Of a stretch of 64,000 nt of DNA, positions 10,128 to 20,878 are shown in pieces. Position 1 is the stretch's first letter; each line of letters starts with the position of its first letter. The DNA comes from an uncultured Calditrichaceae bacterium (lineage in GTDB: Bacteria > Zhuqueibacterota > Zhuqueibacteria > Oceanimicrobiales > Oceanimicrobiaceae): assembly GCA_964455375.1 (NCBI GenBank), contig CAYVXE010000002.1, positions 7,753-71,752 of the forward strand, written 5' to 3'. The notes below the pieces were generated by a model. It did no database searches and was not told the DNA's origin. It saw only the letters and a list, made by a program, of their open reading frames with translations. The translations under genes were made by a program, and so were the position numbers.

Positions 10128-11180
10128 ATGCCAGTCTTAAATATTTATGTGACAATCTTTCAGACTTTTCCAGATAAAATACCGGATACAATTTTAACCA
10201 TATTACTGATGTTTGCTGGTGCAGTAGGGATCACGGTTCTTGCGGCTTTATTGGCGCTTATCGGTGTTTATCTGGAAAGAAAAATATCAGCCCACATGCA
10301 GGATCGTTTAGGTCCCATGCATGTTGGGTGGCATGGGGTCATTCAGACCCTCGCTGATGCGTTAAAGCTCTTGCTCAAAGAAGATATTGTCCCTGCTGCT
10401 GCGGATAAAAAACTCCACCTGCTTGCTCCATTCATTGTGTTTTCTGCTACCATTGCGGCTTTTGTTGTCCTGCCTTTTTCGGAAACCCTTGTTTTAAGCA
10501 ATTTAAATGTGGGCATATTTTATGTCGTCGCAATTTCATCGTTTGTGGTTATCGGGATTATTTTGGCCGGGTGGGCGTCCAATAACAAATGGTCGCTTCT
10601 TGGCGGTATGCGTTCAGCGGCACAAATTGTGAGTTTTGAAATCCCTGCATCGTTGTCAATTCTGGTTGTGATCATGGCCGTTGGTTCCCTGAATCTCGGA
10701 GATATTGTGCAGTTTCAAAACGGCGGTATTCTGCATTGGTTGATTTGGAAATCTTTTCCGTTCAACCTGATAGCATTCATTATCTTCTTTACTGCCTCTT
10801 TAGCAGAATTGAACCGGGCGCCATTCGATTTACCGGAAGCGGAATCAGAAATTGTTGCTGGCTTTCATACAGAATACAGTGGTATGAAATGGGCAATTTT
10901 CTTTTTGGCCGAATATGCAAATATGTTCCTCGTGGCAGTTATTGCGTCAACCTTATTTTTAGGCGGTTGGTCCAGTCCATTCGGTGATTTTCTGAATTAC
11001 GGAATCTTTTCAATCTTTTGGCTTTTTGTTAAATCGTTTTCTTTGATCTTTATTCAAATATGGCTGCGTTGGACGTTGCCGCGAGTCCGCGTGGATCAAT
11101 TGATGTACACATCCTGGAAAGTGCTGACACCGTTTGCTTTTTTGTGTATGATCGGGGTCGGATTTTACATGATATTTTAA
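10128..11180 (+). CDS. nuoH: NADH-quinone oxidoreductase subunit H
   Basis: 350 aa. ND1/NuoH motifs ERKISAHMQDRLGP, LADALKLLLKED and AELNRAPFDLPEAESE. Confidence 0.95.
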   Translation: MPVLNIYVTIFQTFPDKIPDTILTILLMFAGAVGITVLAALLALIGVYLERKISAHMQDRLGPMHVGWHGVIQTLADALKLLLKEDIVPAAADKKLHLLAPFIVFSATIAAFVVLPFSETLVLSNLNVGIFYVVAISSFVVIGIILAGWASNNKWSLLGGMRSAAQIVSFEIPASLSILVVIMAVGSLNLGDIVQFQNGGILHWLIWKSFPFNLIAFIIFFTASLAELNRAPFDLPEAESEIVAGFHTEYSGMKWAIFFLAEYANMFLVAVIASTLFLGGWSSPFGDFLNYGIFSIFWLFVKSFSLIFIQIWLRWTLPRVRVDQLMYTSWKVLTPFAFLCMIGVGFYMIF

Positions 11181-11192
11181 GAGAATGTTTAT

Positions 11193-11696
11193 ATGGGATT
11201 TTATGATTTAATTTTTTGGCTGTTCGCTTTTATTTCTGTTGCCTCAGCGGCGCTTATGGTATTCTCAAAGAACGTTATTTATTCGGCTGTGGGTTTGTTG
11301 TTTGCATTTTTTGGCGTGGCAGGAATTTATGTGCTTTTGGCTGCGGATTTTTTAGCGATTGTACAGATAATGATATATGTTGGTGGCATTCTTGTCCTGT
11401 TGTTATTTGGCGTGATGTTGTCACATAAAATTGGCGGCGTTCAATTAGAGGCCGGTACCTTGCATAAAATCCCTGCTTTTATCGTTGTTGGTGGGATTTT
11501 CATTATTTTCTTTCGGGTGATAAACAAAACAGTCTGGCCTTTAAGAACTGCTGCAAAAGAGTTTAACCCGACCGTAGAAAAAATCGGTACCTTACTCATG
11601 ACCGATTACCTTATTCCGTTCGAAATTGTATCTGTATTATTGCTAATTGCTTTGGTAGGTGCTGCCTATATTGCCAGGAAGGAAAGAGTCCAATGA
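11193..11696 (+). CDS. nuoJ: NADH-quinone oxidoreductase subunit J
   Basis: 167 aa ND6-like hydrophobic protein containing IVQIMIYVGGILVLLLF. It starts 12 nt after nuoH. Confidence 0.88.
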   Translation: MGFYDLIFWLFAFISVASAALMVFSKNVIYSAVGLLFAFFGVAGIYVLLAADFLAIVQIMIYVGGILVLLLFGVMLSHKIGGVQLEAGTLHKIPAFIVVGGIFIIFFRVINKTVWPLRTAAKEFNPTVEKIGTLLMTDYLIPFEIVSVLLLIALVGAAYIARKERVQ

Positions 11697-12001
11697 CCAT
11701 CGGTTTAGCACATTTTTTAACATTGAGTGCAATTTTGTTTTGTTTAGGTTTATTTGCTGTTATCACGAAACGAAATGCGGTAATTGTCTTGATGGGCATT
11801 GAGTTGATCATTAATGCTGCAAACATAAATTTTATTGCTTTTGCCCGGTTTACGGATAATGACTTGGATGGTCAAATCTTTGCTATTTTTGTTATCGTAG
11901 CCGCTGCTGCCGCTGCCGCAGTAGCGTTGGCAATTGTGCTTAATTTATATGAGCGTCTTAAATCCATAGATCTCGATGAAGCAGATTCCTTAGCCGGTTA
12001 A
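11693..12001 (+). CDS. nuoK: NADH-quinone oxidoreductase subunit K
   Basis: 102 aa ND4L-like protein with GIELIINAANINF. Its start overlaps the nuoJ stop (ATGA). Confidence 0.9.
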   Translation: MTIGLAHFLTLSAILFCLGLFAVITKRNAVIVLMGIELIINAANINFIAFARFTDNDLDGQIFAIFVIVAAAAAAAVALAIVLNLYERLKSIDLDEADSLAG

Positions 12002-12027
12002 ATATTCTAAATTAGAAAAGTACTTTT

Positions 12028-14007
12028 ATGATTACGAATGCAATAATTATCTTACTATTACCACTTTTTGCTTTCACCATCCAAATATTTTTTGGTAAGC
12101 GTTTACCAAGACAGGGTGCATGGTTACCAACGGGTGTGATGTTCATTGCTCTATTCATGTCCATTGCAATATTTATCAAAGCTTTATCGCAGTATGAGCC
12201 TAATAACATATTAGCCCAGGCCAGTTGGACGTGGTTTAGTTTCGGTCAGGTGAATATTACCTTTGGAATTTTAATCGACAATTTGACTGCTATCATGCTT
12301 GTGGTGGTGACGACGGTAAGTTCGTTTGTTCATTTGTATTCGTTTGGATATATGCATGGAGACGAACGTTACAGTCGGTATTTTGCTTTTTTGTCTCTCT
12401 TTTCATTTTCGATGCTCGGCCTTGTTTTGGTTGATAATTTTTTTGGTATCTATATTTTTTGGGAATTAGTCGGTCTGTGCTCCTATTTACTGATTGGGTT
12501 TTGGTTTGAAAAAGATTCTGCCGCCAATGCCGGTAAAAAAGCGTTTATTACGAACCGTATTGGCGATGTGGGAATGCTGGTCGCAATTTTAATTATCTTT
12601 ACTACGCTTGGGACATTTAATTTTCGGGAAGTTTTTACGGGTGTTGCCGATGGTCATCTATCCGGAAGGTTACTGACAATTGCCGGGATATTGCTTTTTT
12701 TAGGTGCAATCGGTAAGTCTGCGCAGTTCCCGCTGCATGTGTGGCTCCCGGATGCAATGGAAGGCCCAACACCGGTTAGTGCATTAATTCACGCTGCCAC
12801 AATGGTTGCAGCTGGCGTTTATATGGTTGGCCGTACATTCGTTTTCTTTACACCCGATGCATTATTATTTATCGCCTACATTGGTACAATCACGGCATTT
12901 TTAGGAGCGACTATTGCCATTGTTCAGAAGGATATCAAACGGGTGCTTGCCTACTCAACGATAAGCCAGTTAGGCTATATGATGGTTGCCTTAGGTACTG
13001 GAACTCCAACTGCCGGGATTTTTCACCTCATGACACATGCTTTTTTTAAAGCCTGTTTGTTCCTGGGTTCCGGAAGTGTGATTCATGCCGTTCATTCACA
13101 GAATATGGATGATATGGGTGGATTACGAAAAAAAATGCCCATTACTTTCTGGACATTTTTGATCGCTACCCTTGCCCTATCCGGAGTGCCGCCATTTTCG
13201 GGATTCTTCAGTAAGGATGAAATCTTGATATCTTCCTTACTATTTGGTATGGAGCATCCGGCACATTTGGTCATATTCGTCATCATGTTGTTATCTGCCG
13301 GTATCACAGCATTTTATATGTTCCGTTTGATTTTCATGACGTTCTTTGGTGAACCTAAGGATAAAGAAAAATACGATCATGCGCATGAGTCACCATGGAC
13401 CATGACGGTGCCATTAATGGTGTTAGCTGCGCTATCAATTGGCCCCATGTGGTGGGGTTGGGTTGAACATTTGCTTGAAAAACCGGAATTAGCATCCTTT
13501 GCGACCACCGCCGTGGAATCATTAAAAGTTGAAAACCAGAAGCTTGCACACTCGGCGCATTTTATTGCTATGGTCACATCCATTCCGGTGGCTCTGTCGG
13601 GGATACTGTTAGCAGCCATTATTTATTACTGGAAGAAAATTTCTGCTGAAATATGGGGTCAGCGTCTGAAACCGATCTACAATTTACTCTGGAATAAATA
13701 CTATTTCGATGAAATCTATCAGGCGACATTTATCGGTGGAACTCTTGCATTCAGCCGTTTATCTGCTTTGTTTGATGCTAAAGTGATTGACGGCTTTGTG
13801 AATGCTGTCGCACGGATGACCACCCGTTTATCACTTGTCAACGGCCTTTTTGATCTCAAATTTATTGATGGTATTGTTAATTTTGTCGGTAATACCATCT
13901 GGAAATTTGGGGCTCAATTACGTGAAGTGCAAACCGGAAAAGTGCAAAATTACATTTTGATGACCTTGTTTGCTATAATTTTACTTTTTATTATGCAGCA
14001 GTTTTAA
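12028..14007 (+). CDS. nuoL: NADH-quinone oxidoreductase subunit L
   Basis: 659 aa ND5-like antiporter-type subunit with GKSAQFPLHVWLPDAMEGPTPVSALIHAATMV. Confidence 0.95.
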   Translation: MITNAIIILLLPLFAFTIQIFFGKRLPRQGAWLPTGVMFIALFMSIAIFIKALSQYEPNNILAQASWTWFSFGQVNITFGILIDNLTAIMLVVVTTVSSFVHLYSFGYMHGDERYSRYFAFLSLFSFSMLGLVLVDNFFGIYIFWELVGLCSYLLIGFWFEKDSAANAGKKAFITNRIGDVGMLVAILIIFTTLGTFNFREVFTGVADGHLSGRLLTIAGILLFLGAIGKSAQFPLHVWLPDAMEGPTPVSALIHAATMVAAGVYMVGRTFVFFTPDALLFIAYIGTITAFLGATIAIVQKDIKRVLAYSTISQLGYMMVALGTGTPTAGIFHLMTHAFFKACLFLGSGSVIHAVHSQNMDDMGGLRKKMPITFWTFLIATLALSGVPPFSGFFSKDEILISSLLFGMEHPAHLVIFVIMLLSAGITAFYMFRLIFMTFFGEPKDKEKYDHAHESPWTMTVPLMVLAALSIGPMWWGWVEHLLEKPELASFATTAVESLKVENQKLAHSAHFIAMVTSIPVALSGILLAAIIYYWKKISAEIWGQRLKPIYNLLWNKYYFDEIYQATFIGGTLAFSRLSALFDAKVIDGFVNAVARMTTRLSLVNGLFDLKFIDGIVNFVGNTIWKFGAQLREVQTGKVQNYILMTLFAIILLFIMQQF

Positions 14008-14035
14008 TTTGTTTTAACGAAAGGAACTTGCATAA

Positions 14036-15607
14036 ATGAGTCATGTCTTAACGTGGATAACATTTTTACCTGTTATTGGTATTTTGCTGATTTTATTTCT
14101 TCCTAAAGACAGTAAAAATCCAATTCGGATTATTGCAGCTATTTTTACCGGCTTACAATTGGCGTTGGCTGTCTGGATTTACATGCACTTTGATACCAAT
14201 ACCGCTGCCATGCAGTTTACAGAGCATTATGAATGGATCCCTTCATTTAATATCGATTATTTCATGGGGATTGATGGATTAAGTGTGTCAATGGTGCTGT
14301 TAACTGCATTTTTGTCCTTTATTTGTATTTTCGCATCCTGGGGAATTGAAAAAAGTGTCAAAGGCTATTTTGCGATGTTTCTCCTGCTGGATACTGCAAT
14401 GATGGGTGTGTTTTGTTCTCTGGATTTTTTCATGTTCTATGTATTCTGGGAAGTCATGCTTCTACCCATGTACTTTTTGATCGGTATTTGGGGTGCACCT
14501 GCGAGAAAAGATCCCGACGGCATGGTTCGTGGCGGTCCCTATGCTGCAATTAAATTCTTTTTATATACGTTGTTCGGTAGTATTTTCATGCTCATCGCCA
14601 TGTTGATTTTTTATTTCAACGTCCAGGATCCGGTAACGGGGGGTCATACCTTTAATATGTTGCACATGATGGATCAAGCGAATCACGGTGGGGTGCTGAA
14701 CAATTTCACCATCCGATTACTTATTTACGGGGCATTGTTTATTGGATTTGCTATCAAGGTTCCGGTTTTCCCGTTTCATACATGGCTACCGGATGCGCAC
14801 GTGGAAGCGCCAACAGCTATCAGTGTTATTCTTGCCGGCGTCCTGCTGAAGATGGGAACGTATGGTATGTTAAGGATTAGCTTCCCAATGTTACCGGATG
14901 CGATGAAATGGAAATACTTCGCGTACGGTTTAGCGATTTTAGGGGCAATTAACATTATTTACGGCGCACTTTGTGCGATGGCACAAAAGGATTTGAAAAA
15001 GCTCGTGGCATATTCCAGTATAAGTCACATGGGAATTGTGCTGCTCGGTATGTCTGGCTTAACCGCACTGGGGATGAATGGCGCGGTCATGCAAATGTTC
15101 AACCATGGAACCGGCACAGCCATGCTTTTCCTGTTGGTAGGGGTTATTTATGATAGAGCACATCACCGGCAAATTGACGGTTTCGGAGGCCTTGCTGTGC
15201 GGATGCCTGTCTACGCCGCCGTCATGAGCGTAGCCTTTTTCGGTGCCTTGGGGTTACCTGGATTGTCCAGCTTTATCAGCGAGGCATTCTCTTTTCTTGG
15301 CGCTTTCGGTTCAAAAACGTTTAATTTAGAGATTATTACCATCATTTCTACGCTAGGTATCGTACTTACAGCGGGCTATTTGCTTTGGACTTTCCAGAGA
15401 ATGTTTCTGGGCGAGTTGAATCCGAAATATGCAGATCTACCGGATATAAACGGGAGAGAGTTATTTACGTTAGTTCCGCTGGGCATAATTATTATTATTT
15501 TAGGTGTCTATCCGGCGCCGTTACTGGACTTAATTAAGCCGTCATTAAATCATCTGGTTGAAATTGTGAAGGCATCTAATGCTCCGACATTATTAGGATT
15601 ATATTAA
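14036..15607 (+). CDS. nuoM: NADH-quinone oxidoreductase subunit M
   Basis: 523 aa ND4-like subunit with FPFHTWLPDAHVEAPTAISVILAGVLLK. Confidence 0.95.
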   Translation: MSHVLTWITFLPVIGILLILFLPKDSKNPIRIIAAIFTGLQLALAVWIYMHFDTNTAAMQFTEHYEWIPSFNIDYFMGIDGLSVSMVLLTAFLSFICIFASWGIEKSVKGYFAMFLLLDTAMMGVFCSLDFFMFYVFWEVMLLPMYFLIGIWGAPARKDPDGMVRGGPYAAIKFFLYTLFGSIFMLIAMLIFYFNVQDPVTGGHTFNMLHMMDQANHGGVLNNFTIRLLIYGALFIGFAIKVPVFPFHTWLPDAHVEAPTAISVILAGVLLKMGTYGMLRISFPMLPDAMKWKYFAYGLAILGAINIIYGALCAMAQKDLKKLVAYSSISHMGIVLLGMSGLTALGMNGAVMQMFNHGTGTAMLFLLVGVIYDRAHHRQIDGFGGLAVRMPVYAAVMSVAFFGALGLPGLSSFISEAFSFLGAFGSKTFNLEIITIISTLGIVLTAGYLLWTFQRMFLGELNPKYADLPDINGRELFTLVPLGIIIIILGVYPAPLLDLIKPSLNHLVEIVKASNAPTLLGLY

Positions 15608-15618
15608 GAAAGTAAACA

Positions 15619-17139
15619 ATGGATTACTCTGGAATTATACAAAATAATCTAAATAGCCTAACTTATTTTTTACCTGAAATAATTTTAGCAAGTTTAGTCT
15701 GCTTGCTGATTATCTCAGATTTGTTTTTGAAAAGGGATAAATCTCCATACAATGCATTTATAGCATTAGCCGGGTTGGTTGTTGCTTTCATCGCGATTTT
15801 GCAGCAGTATGATCTGGGAAATCGATCAATTTTTAATGACATGTTGGTCGTCGATCCGTTTTCACTTTATTTTAAAGTCGTGTTTTTAGGAACAGCCATT
15901 CTTGTAATTCTCCTGTCTTTCACATCTGTGGAGCTGGCCGGTAGGCCGGTTGGAGAGTATTTCACGCTTATCGCGGCTTTAACGCTCGGTATGTCTTTGA
16001 TGGCCTCAGCGACAAATCTGATTACAATTTATATCGCAATTGAATTTGTGAGTATTGTTTCATTTGTCCTCGCTACCTATCTGAAAACCCGTAGAAGATC
16101 AAGCGAGGCCGGTTTGAAATATGCAATTTATGGGGCTTTCTCTTCTGGTTTGATGCTCTATGGCATGTCGATACTTTACGGATTAACCGGGTCATTAAAT
16201 ATTTATGAAATCAGAAATGTTTTGGCGGGGGCGGCATCTAATGATTTAGCCCTGCTCGTATCTGTAATTTTGATTTTAGCCGGGTTTGGTTACAAAATAG
16301 CCTCAGTTCCCTTTCATTTTTGGGCGCCCGATGTTTACGAGGGTGCGCCGACTCCGGTTACTGCTTTTTTGTCTGTTGGCCCAAAAGCCGCTGGTTTTGC
16401 GGTTTTGATTCGATTTTTCAATGTTGCGCTTGCTTCCGGAAATGGCAATGGAATTACAGAATGGACGTTCGTTTCCAGTATTGATTGGGGTCAGATTTTA
16501 GCCGTAATAGCTGCTGCAACTATGACTCTGGGTAATTTAGTAGCCATCGTGCAAAAAAATATTAAACGACTGTTAGCTTATTCAAGCATTGCTCATGCAG
16601 GCTATATTTTGATGGGAACGGTCCTCCTGTCGGAACAAGGCATTTATGCATCCATGTTCTATCTGTTCATTTATTATTTAATGAATTTAGGGGCGTTTCT
16701 GGTCGTCATGATTTTTCATGATGTCATTGGCAGCGAGGATATTGAAGATTACAAGGGATTGGGCTATAGCGCTCCAATTCCTGCATTGGCTATGGGGGTG
16801 TTCTTGTTTGCCTTGGCAGGTATTCCGCCGACGTCGGGGTTTGTTGGGAAATTTTATTTGTTTGCCGCGGTTGTTAAAGCCGGTCCTTCATTTTATTGGT
16901 TAGCGGTTGTCGGAATCCTTAACAGTGTCATTTCAGTTTATTACTATGCCCGGGTTTTGAAAGCCATGTTCTTCGAAAAATTGGAGAAGGGAAAAAAAGA
17001 AACTACTGCTTTACGTATTTCTCCTTTTTATATTGTTTTAATTGTCATTCTTGTTGTGCCCACACTTGTACTTGGTATCTATTGGGCACCGCTTGCTGAT
17101 TTTGCCAATTATTCCGTCGACTTTTTACGTGCTTTGTAA
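15619..17139 (+). CDS. nuoN: NADH-quinone oxidoreductase subunit N
   Basis: 506 aa ND2-like subunit with VPFHFWAPDVYEGAPTPVTAF and LLAYSSIAHAGY. Confidence 0.9.
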   Translation: MDYSGIIQNNLNSLTYFLPEIILASLVCLLIISDLFLKRDKSPYNAFIALAGLVVAFIAILQQYDLGNRSIFNDMLVVDPFSLYFKVVFLGTAILVILLSFTSVELAGRPVGEYFTLIAALTLGMSLMASATNLITIYIAIEFVSIVSFVLATYLKTRRRSSEAGLKYAIYGAFSSGLMLYGMSILYGLTGSLNIYEIRNVLAGAASNDLALLVSVILILAGFGYKIASVPFHFWAPDVYEGAPTPVTAFLSVGPKAAGFAVLIRFFNVALASGNGNGITEWTFVSSIDWGQILAVIAAATMTLGNLVAIVQKNIKRLLAYSSIAHAGYILMGTVLLSEQGIYASMFYLFIYYLMNLGAFLVVMIFHDVIGSEDIEDYKGLGYSAPIPALAMGVFLFALAGIPPTSGFVGKFYLFAAVVKAGPSFYWLAVVGILNSVISVYYYARVLKAMFFEKLEKGKKETTALRISPFYIVLIVILVVPTLVLGIYWAPLADFANYSVDFLRAL

Positions 17140-17176
17140 ACACTGAAACTATTTCCAAAAATTCAAAAATAATTTA

Positions 17177-17225
17177 AAGATTTATTTTGTTATCTAAAAA
17201 AGGATGACAGATAAATCTTTTTTTT
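17177..17225 (+). terminator. Strong Rho-independent terminator after nuoN
   Basis: About 18-bp interrupted stem (17177-17195 / 17202-17219, one bulged U, some G.U pairs), a 6-nt A loop, and a T-run 17218-17225. Confidence 0.8.
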
Positions 17226-17246
17226 ATCAACCTTTGGATATTTTAC

Positions 17247-18716
17247 ATGACTACCAGCAAAGCATGCAGTGTAAAATCCGTCTTATTGCTGACCTTAACA
17301 TTTCTTTTCATGTTGTTTTGGTGTGGCGAAATTTGGGCTGAGGAAAACAGTCCGTTGGTCACAATTAGAATTTATATCTCGAATGCTCATGATATGGAGA
17401 CATTGCGACAGAACAACATCCGGTTCCAGAAACATTCTCGAGTGCCGTTTGTTGACACGCTCGTGACCCAGAATGATGTACAAAGTTTAAAACATGAGGG
17501 GCTTTGGGTGACGGTGCTCCCTGAACACAAACAAAATCAATCTTTACCTGATGCCTATCTTCCTTATGAGCAAATTGAAAACAAATTGTTTGCTTTACAA
17601 ACGCGGTTTCCTGGCATCGTCCACATAGAAAAAATCGGTGTTTCTACCACATTAGGATTACCCATTTGGGCTGCAAAGGTTTCAGATAATGTGCAAACCG
17701 ATGAGAATGAACCAACCATATTATTTCAGGGGTTACATCATGCCAGAGAATTGATTGGAGCAAATGTTTGTCTTGATTTATTAACCATGATGTGCAAAAA
17801 TTATTATAAAAACCGGGATATAACCCGCTGGCTTGATGCCATGGAAATCTGGATCGTCCCGGTGCTCAACCCGGATGGGTATAAATATATTTTTGAGCAT
17901 GATATCGGATTTCCCTGGTGGCGGAAAAATCTTCATGATAATAATGACGATGGTCAGTTTCGTACAGCAGATGACGGCGTCGACCTTAACCGCAATTATG
18001 ATTTCAATTGGCAGGATGGCGACGAGGATTCCAATAGCTGGTTTTATCGTGGAGAGCAGCCATTTTCCGAAAATGAAACACAAGCTATCCGGCATCTGGT
18101 GCAACGTGAAAATTTTGTGTTGGGAATTTCTTATCACAGTTATGGAGAATCTGTTTTGTATCCGTGGGGAAATTATTTCCAGCCTCCGGATATTGAATTA
18201 ATTTTGGATACCGCAAATAAGTTAGCGCAAACGATGTCTCTGAGTTCAAAGAATGGGCATTATATGATTCTACCTCTGGATGGCAAAATCGGGCAGAGTT
18301 CAAACTGGATGTACAGTTATACACGCACAATCGATTACATTGTGGAGGTTGGGAGAGAATATATTCCCAAAAGTGATGATGTGCCTTTTATATTACAGCA
18401 GCAACGCAAAGGTGCTTTTTTTCTGTTGAACAGACTCTTACAAACGGGTGTCAAAGGTTTGGTTTATGATAGTGATTCAAGACGTCCCATCTTTGCAGAA
18501 ATTAATATCCTGCAATTACAAGCTGACTACGTAAATCCGAAAAAAACAGACAAAAAGTATGGTGCCTTTTACCAACTATTAAATCCCGGTAAATACACCA
18601 TACAAATTAGCAGTGAGGGGTATCAAAATAAAGTGATTCAAAATGTGCAGATAAAAAAAAACAGATTTACGGAATTAAACATTCCTTTACAATCAAAAAG
18701 GAATTGGACAAGGTAG
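17247..18716 (+). CDS. Secreted M14-family zinc carboxypeptidase
   Basis: Signal peptide present. Zinc ligand region GLHHARELIG, the later ISYHSYGESVLYPWG motif, and a C-terminal Ig-like or carboxypeptidase-regulatory-like beta domain. Confidence 0.85.
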   Translation: MTTSKACSVKSVLLLTLTFLFMLFWCGEIWAEENSPLVTIRIYISNAHDMETLRQNNIRFQKHSRVPFVDTLVTQNDVQSLKHEGLWVTVLPEHKQNQSLPDAYLPYEQIENKLFALQTRFPGIVHIEKIGVSTTLGLPIWAAKVSDNVQTDENEPTILFQGLHHARELIGANVCLDLLTMMCKNYYKNRDITRWLDAMEIWIVPVLNPDGYKYIFEHDIGFPWWRKNLHDNNDDGQFRTADDGVDLNRNYDFNWQDGDEDSNSWFYRGEQPFSENETQAIRHLVQRENFVLGISYHSYGESVLYPWGNYFQPPDIELILDTANKLAQTMSLSSKNGHYMILPLDGKIGQSSNWMYSYTRTIDYIVEVGREYIPKSDDVPFILQQQRKGAFFLLNRLLQTGVKGLVYDSDSRRPIFAEINILQLQADYVNPKKTDKKYGAFYQLLNPGKYTIQISSEGYQNKVIQNVQIKKNRFTELNIPLQSKRNWTR

Positions 18717-18836
18717 GGAGGTGGTTTGGGTGTCGCTGCGTTGAGATTTTTACCGCCCCAGCCAATTCCGGTAAAGGGTGGAATCTTTAGCATGCCAAAC
18801 AGTAGCTATGAGGGTTCCTGAGAAAATTCTAAGTTT

Positions 18837-20087
18837 TTATGTTTTGAGATGAGCCTTTCTATCTAAACGAGTAAACCTGTGGTACAAATCTCTTTTGTAG
18901 TCAATCCATTCCGGTTTAAGGTTTAATTGCTGCAAAATGGACATTTCTGCCAGACCTTTACTAACGAGATTTTTTGCTTTTTCCAGATCCTTTTTTTTGT
19001 GTTCAAAATATTTTGCTAACTCGATATAGGGAACAGGGTGAAACTGGCTATTTTGGATGCATTCTTGCCAGATTTTTGCTGCTTCCGGAAAGTTTCCCAT
19101 TTTTTTGTAATTGAATGCAATTTTAAACAGGAATCTGCTATTGAAATGGCTTGTTTTGTTTGCCCGCAAATAAGCTTCATACAACTGGATGGATTCATCA
19201 TACCTGTTTGCATTTTCCAGCAACTGCCCTAAAGCGAGAATGTCGAAGGCGTGTTCACACGTTTCGTGTGGATTTGACACGGTTGCCAATGCTTTGCATA
19301 ACAATGCTGCCATGGCCACAATGTCCTGCCGATTGTGATAGAATATCGGCTTTAGCGGAACGGCATCTTTATGCCGCAAATAATGAAAATAGGTTTGTGG
19401 AATCAGAAAACCCGGAATGTCCTCAGACGTTCTGGTGAAATGTGCAATTTGATACTCGGTATTTAACAAGGAACATTCCGCTAACCGGTGTTTCCAGAGC
19501 CGGCGTACTGAATGCAGCAGGTCGAAATGCAGCATCTTTGCAAAAGGCGGTTTCATGCTCTGAAAGACGTTTCTGGAAATCAAAAGCGGCAGATCGAATG
19601 ACTTACCGTTGTAACTCACCAGACATTCAAACTTCGGTACAAGTTGATTTATTTCATACAGCACTGCAGCTTCTTCATGAAAGTCATTCATGAAATATTG
19701 TAAAACACGGAATTGCCGTTCCGCGAAAAATCCTATGCCGACGAGAAAGGCGCAAGTACCGGCACCGCCTGAAAGTCCCGTGGTTTCAGTATCAATAAAA
19801 AGAAGCCTTGAAAGATCGACTTTATTGAAGTCGGAATTTTTACCTATGATCGGAAGGTGAACAGATGACTGCTCTAAAAGATCAGAAATGCGAATATCGC
19901 CATGATGGTATTCTGCCGGGAATACTGTCTCCATAAGATAAAATGAGCCGAATTCATTTTCGACCGATTTTCCTGCCACAACCTGCTCGATATTAGAGGT
20001 TGGAGACGTGACCCGTTGTCCCATCGACATCGTTTTCTGGTGCGAAAGAGAATCCAGTTGGCGTAGTTTATCTTTAATATCCATCAA
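18837..20087 (-). CDS. RNase H-like (YprB-type predicted 3'-5' exonuclease) domain protein with C-terminal TPR repeats
   Basis: The FIDTETTGLSG acidic motif and later YNGKSFDLPLL and HNRQDIV motifs are typical of DnaQ/RNase H-fold exonucleases. The last ~130 aa are TPR-like (AFNYKKMGNFPEAAKIWQECIQ). Confidence 0.6.
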   Translation of the reverse strand: MMDIKDKLRQLDSLSHQKTMSMGQRVTSPTSNIEQVVAGKSVENEFGSFYLMETVFPAEYHHGDIRISDLLEQSSVHLPIIGKNSDFNKVDLSRLLFIDTETTGLSGGAGTCAFLVGIGFFAERQFRVLQYFMNDFHEEAAVLYEINQLVPKFECLVSYNGKSFDLPLLISRNVFQSMKPPFAKMLHFDLLHSVRRLWKHRLAECSLLNTEYQIAHFTRTSEDIPGFLIPQTYFHYLRHKDAVPLKPIFYHNRQDIVAMAALLCKALATVSNPHETCEHAFDILALGQLLENANRYDESIQLYEAYLRANKTSHFNSRFLFKIAFNYKKMGNFPEAAKIWQECIQNSQFHPVPYIELAKYFEHKKKDLEKAKNLVSKGLAEMSILQQLNLKPEWIDYKRDLYHRFTRLDRKAHLKT

Positions 20088-20113
20088 ACGAGACTTTTAG
20101 CCGGAGCTGGAGT

Positions 20114-20863
20114 TTATTTACTCTTCTTATCTTCGAAGAAGTGTTTAAACATATCAATGGGCAATGGAAAAACGATTGTCGAATTATTCTCAGCAGCAAC
20201 TTCCGTTAAGGTTTGCAGAAAACGCAATTGCAATGCCTGAGGATATTCACTGATTATTTTTGCAGCATCTTTCAGTTTTTCGGATGCCTGGAATTCTCCC
20301 GTTGCGTGGATGATTTTTGCTCGTCGTTCACGCTCTGCTTCAGCTTGTCTTGCGATTGCACGCTGCATTTCCTGTGGCAAATCTACATGCTTAATTTCAA
20401 CGAGGCTGACTTTAATGCCCCACGGATCGCTGTGATTATCGATAATTTCCTGCAGATCGGCATTGATTTTGTCTCTCGATGATAGCATCTCATCTAATTC
20501 ATGCCCACCGAGAACACTTCTTAACGTGGTTTGTGCAAGTTGGGATGTGGCGTACAAGTAATCTTCCACTTCAATGATCGCTTTTGACGGGTCCAGGACT
20601 CTGAAGTATAAAACAGCATTTACTTTGACTGAAACATTATCTTTGGTAATGACATCCTGCGCTGGAATGTCCATTGCTACTGTTCTTAAACTGACTTTAA
20701 CCATACGATCGATGAGTGGTACAAGAATGATGAGTCCGGGGCCCTTTGCACCAACTAATCTTCCGAGTCGGAAGATAACTCCCCGTTCGTACTCGCGCAA
20801 AACCCGTACAGCACTGACCATGAACATGATTAAAAGAATAAGAAATAATCCTACAACTGGCAT
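20114..20863 (-). CDS. SPFH/Band 7 (stomatin-like) protein
   Basis: 249 aa. N-terminal TM helix followed by [14 protein letters not shown] and the conserved SPFH core and coiled-coil tail [11 protein letters not shown]. Confidence 0.9.
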   Translation of the reverse strand: MPVVGLFLILLIMFMVSAVRVLREYERGVIFRLGRLVGAKGPGLIILVPLIDRMVKVSLRTVAMDIPAQDVITKDNVSVKVNAVLYFRVLDPSKAIIEVEDYLYATSQLAQTTLRSVLGGHELDEMLSSRDKINADLQEIIDNHSDPWGIKVSLVEIKHVDLPQEMQRAIARQAEAERERRAKIIHATGEFQASEKLKDAAKIISEYPQALQLRFLQTLTEVAAENNSTIVFPLPIDMFKHFFEDKKSK

Positions 20864-20878
20864 GGAATTTCCTCCTTT

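Noticed and set aside
18717-18836. Possible bidirectional terminator between the convergent M14 carboxypeptidase and RNase H-like genes (ttaccg...cggtaa and attcc...ggaat).
   Set aside because: The stems are only 5-6 bp, alternative to each other, and lack flanking U or A tracts.
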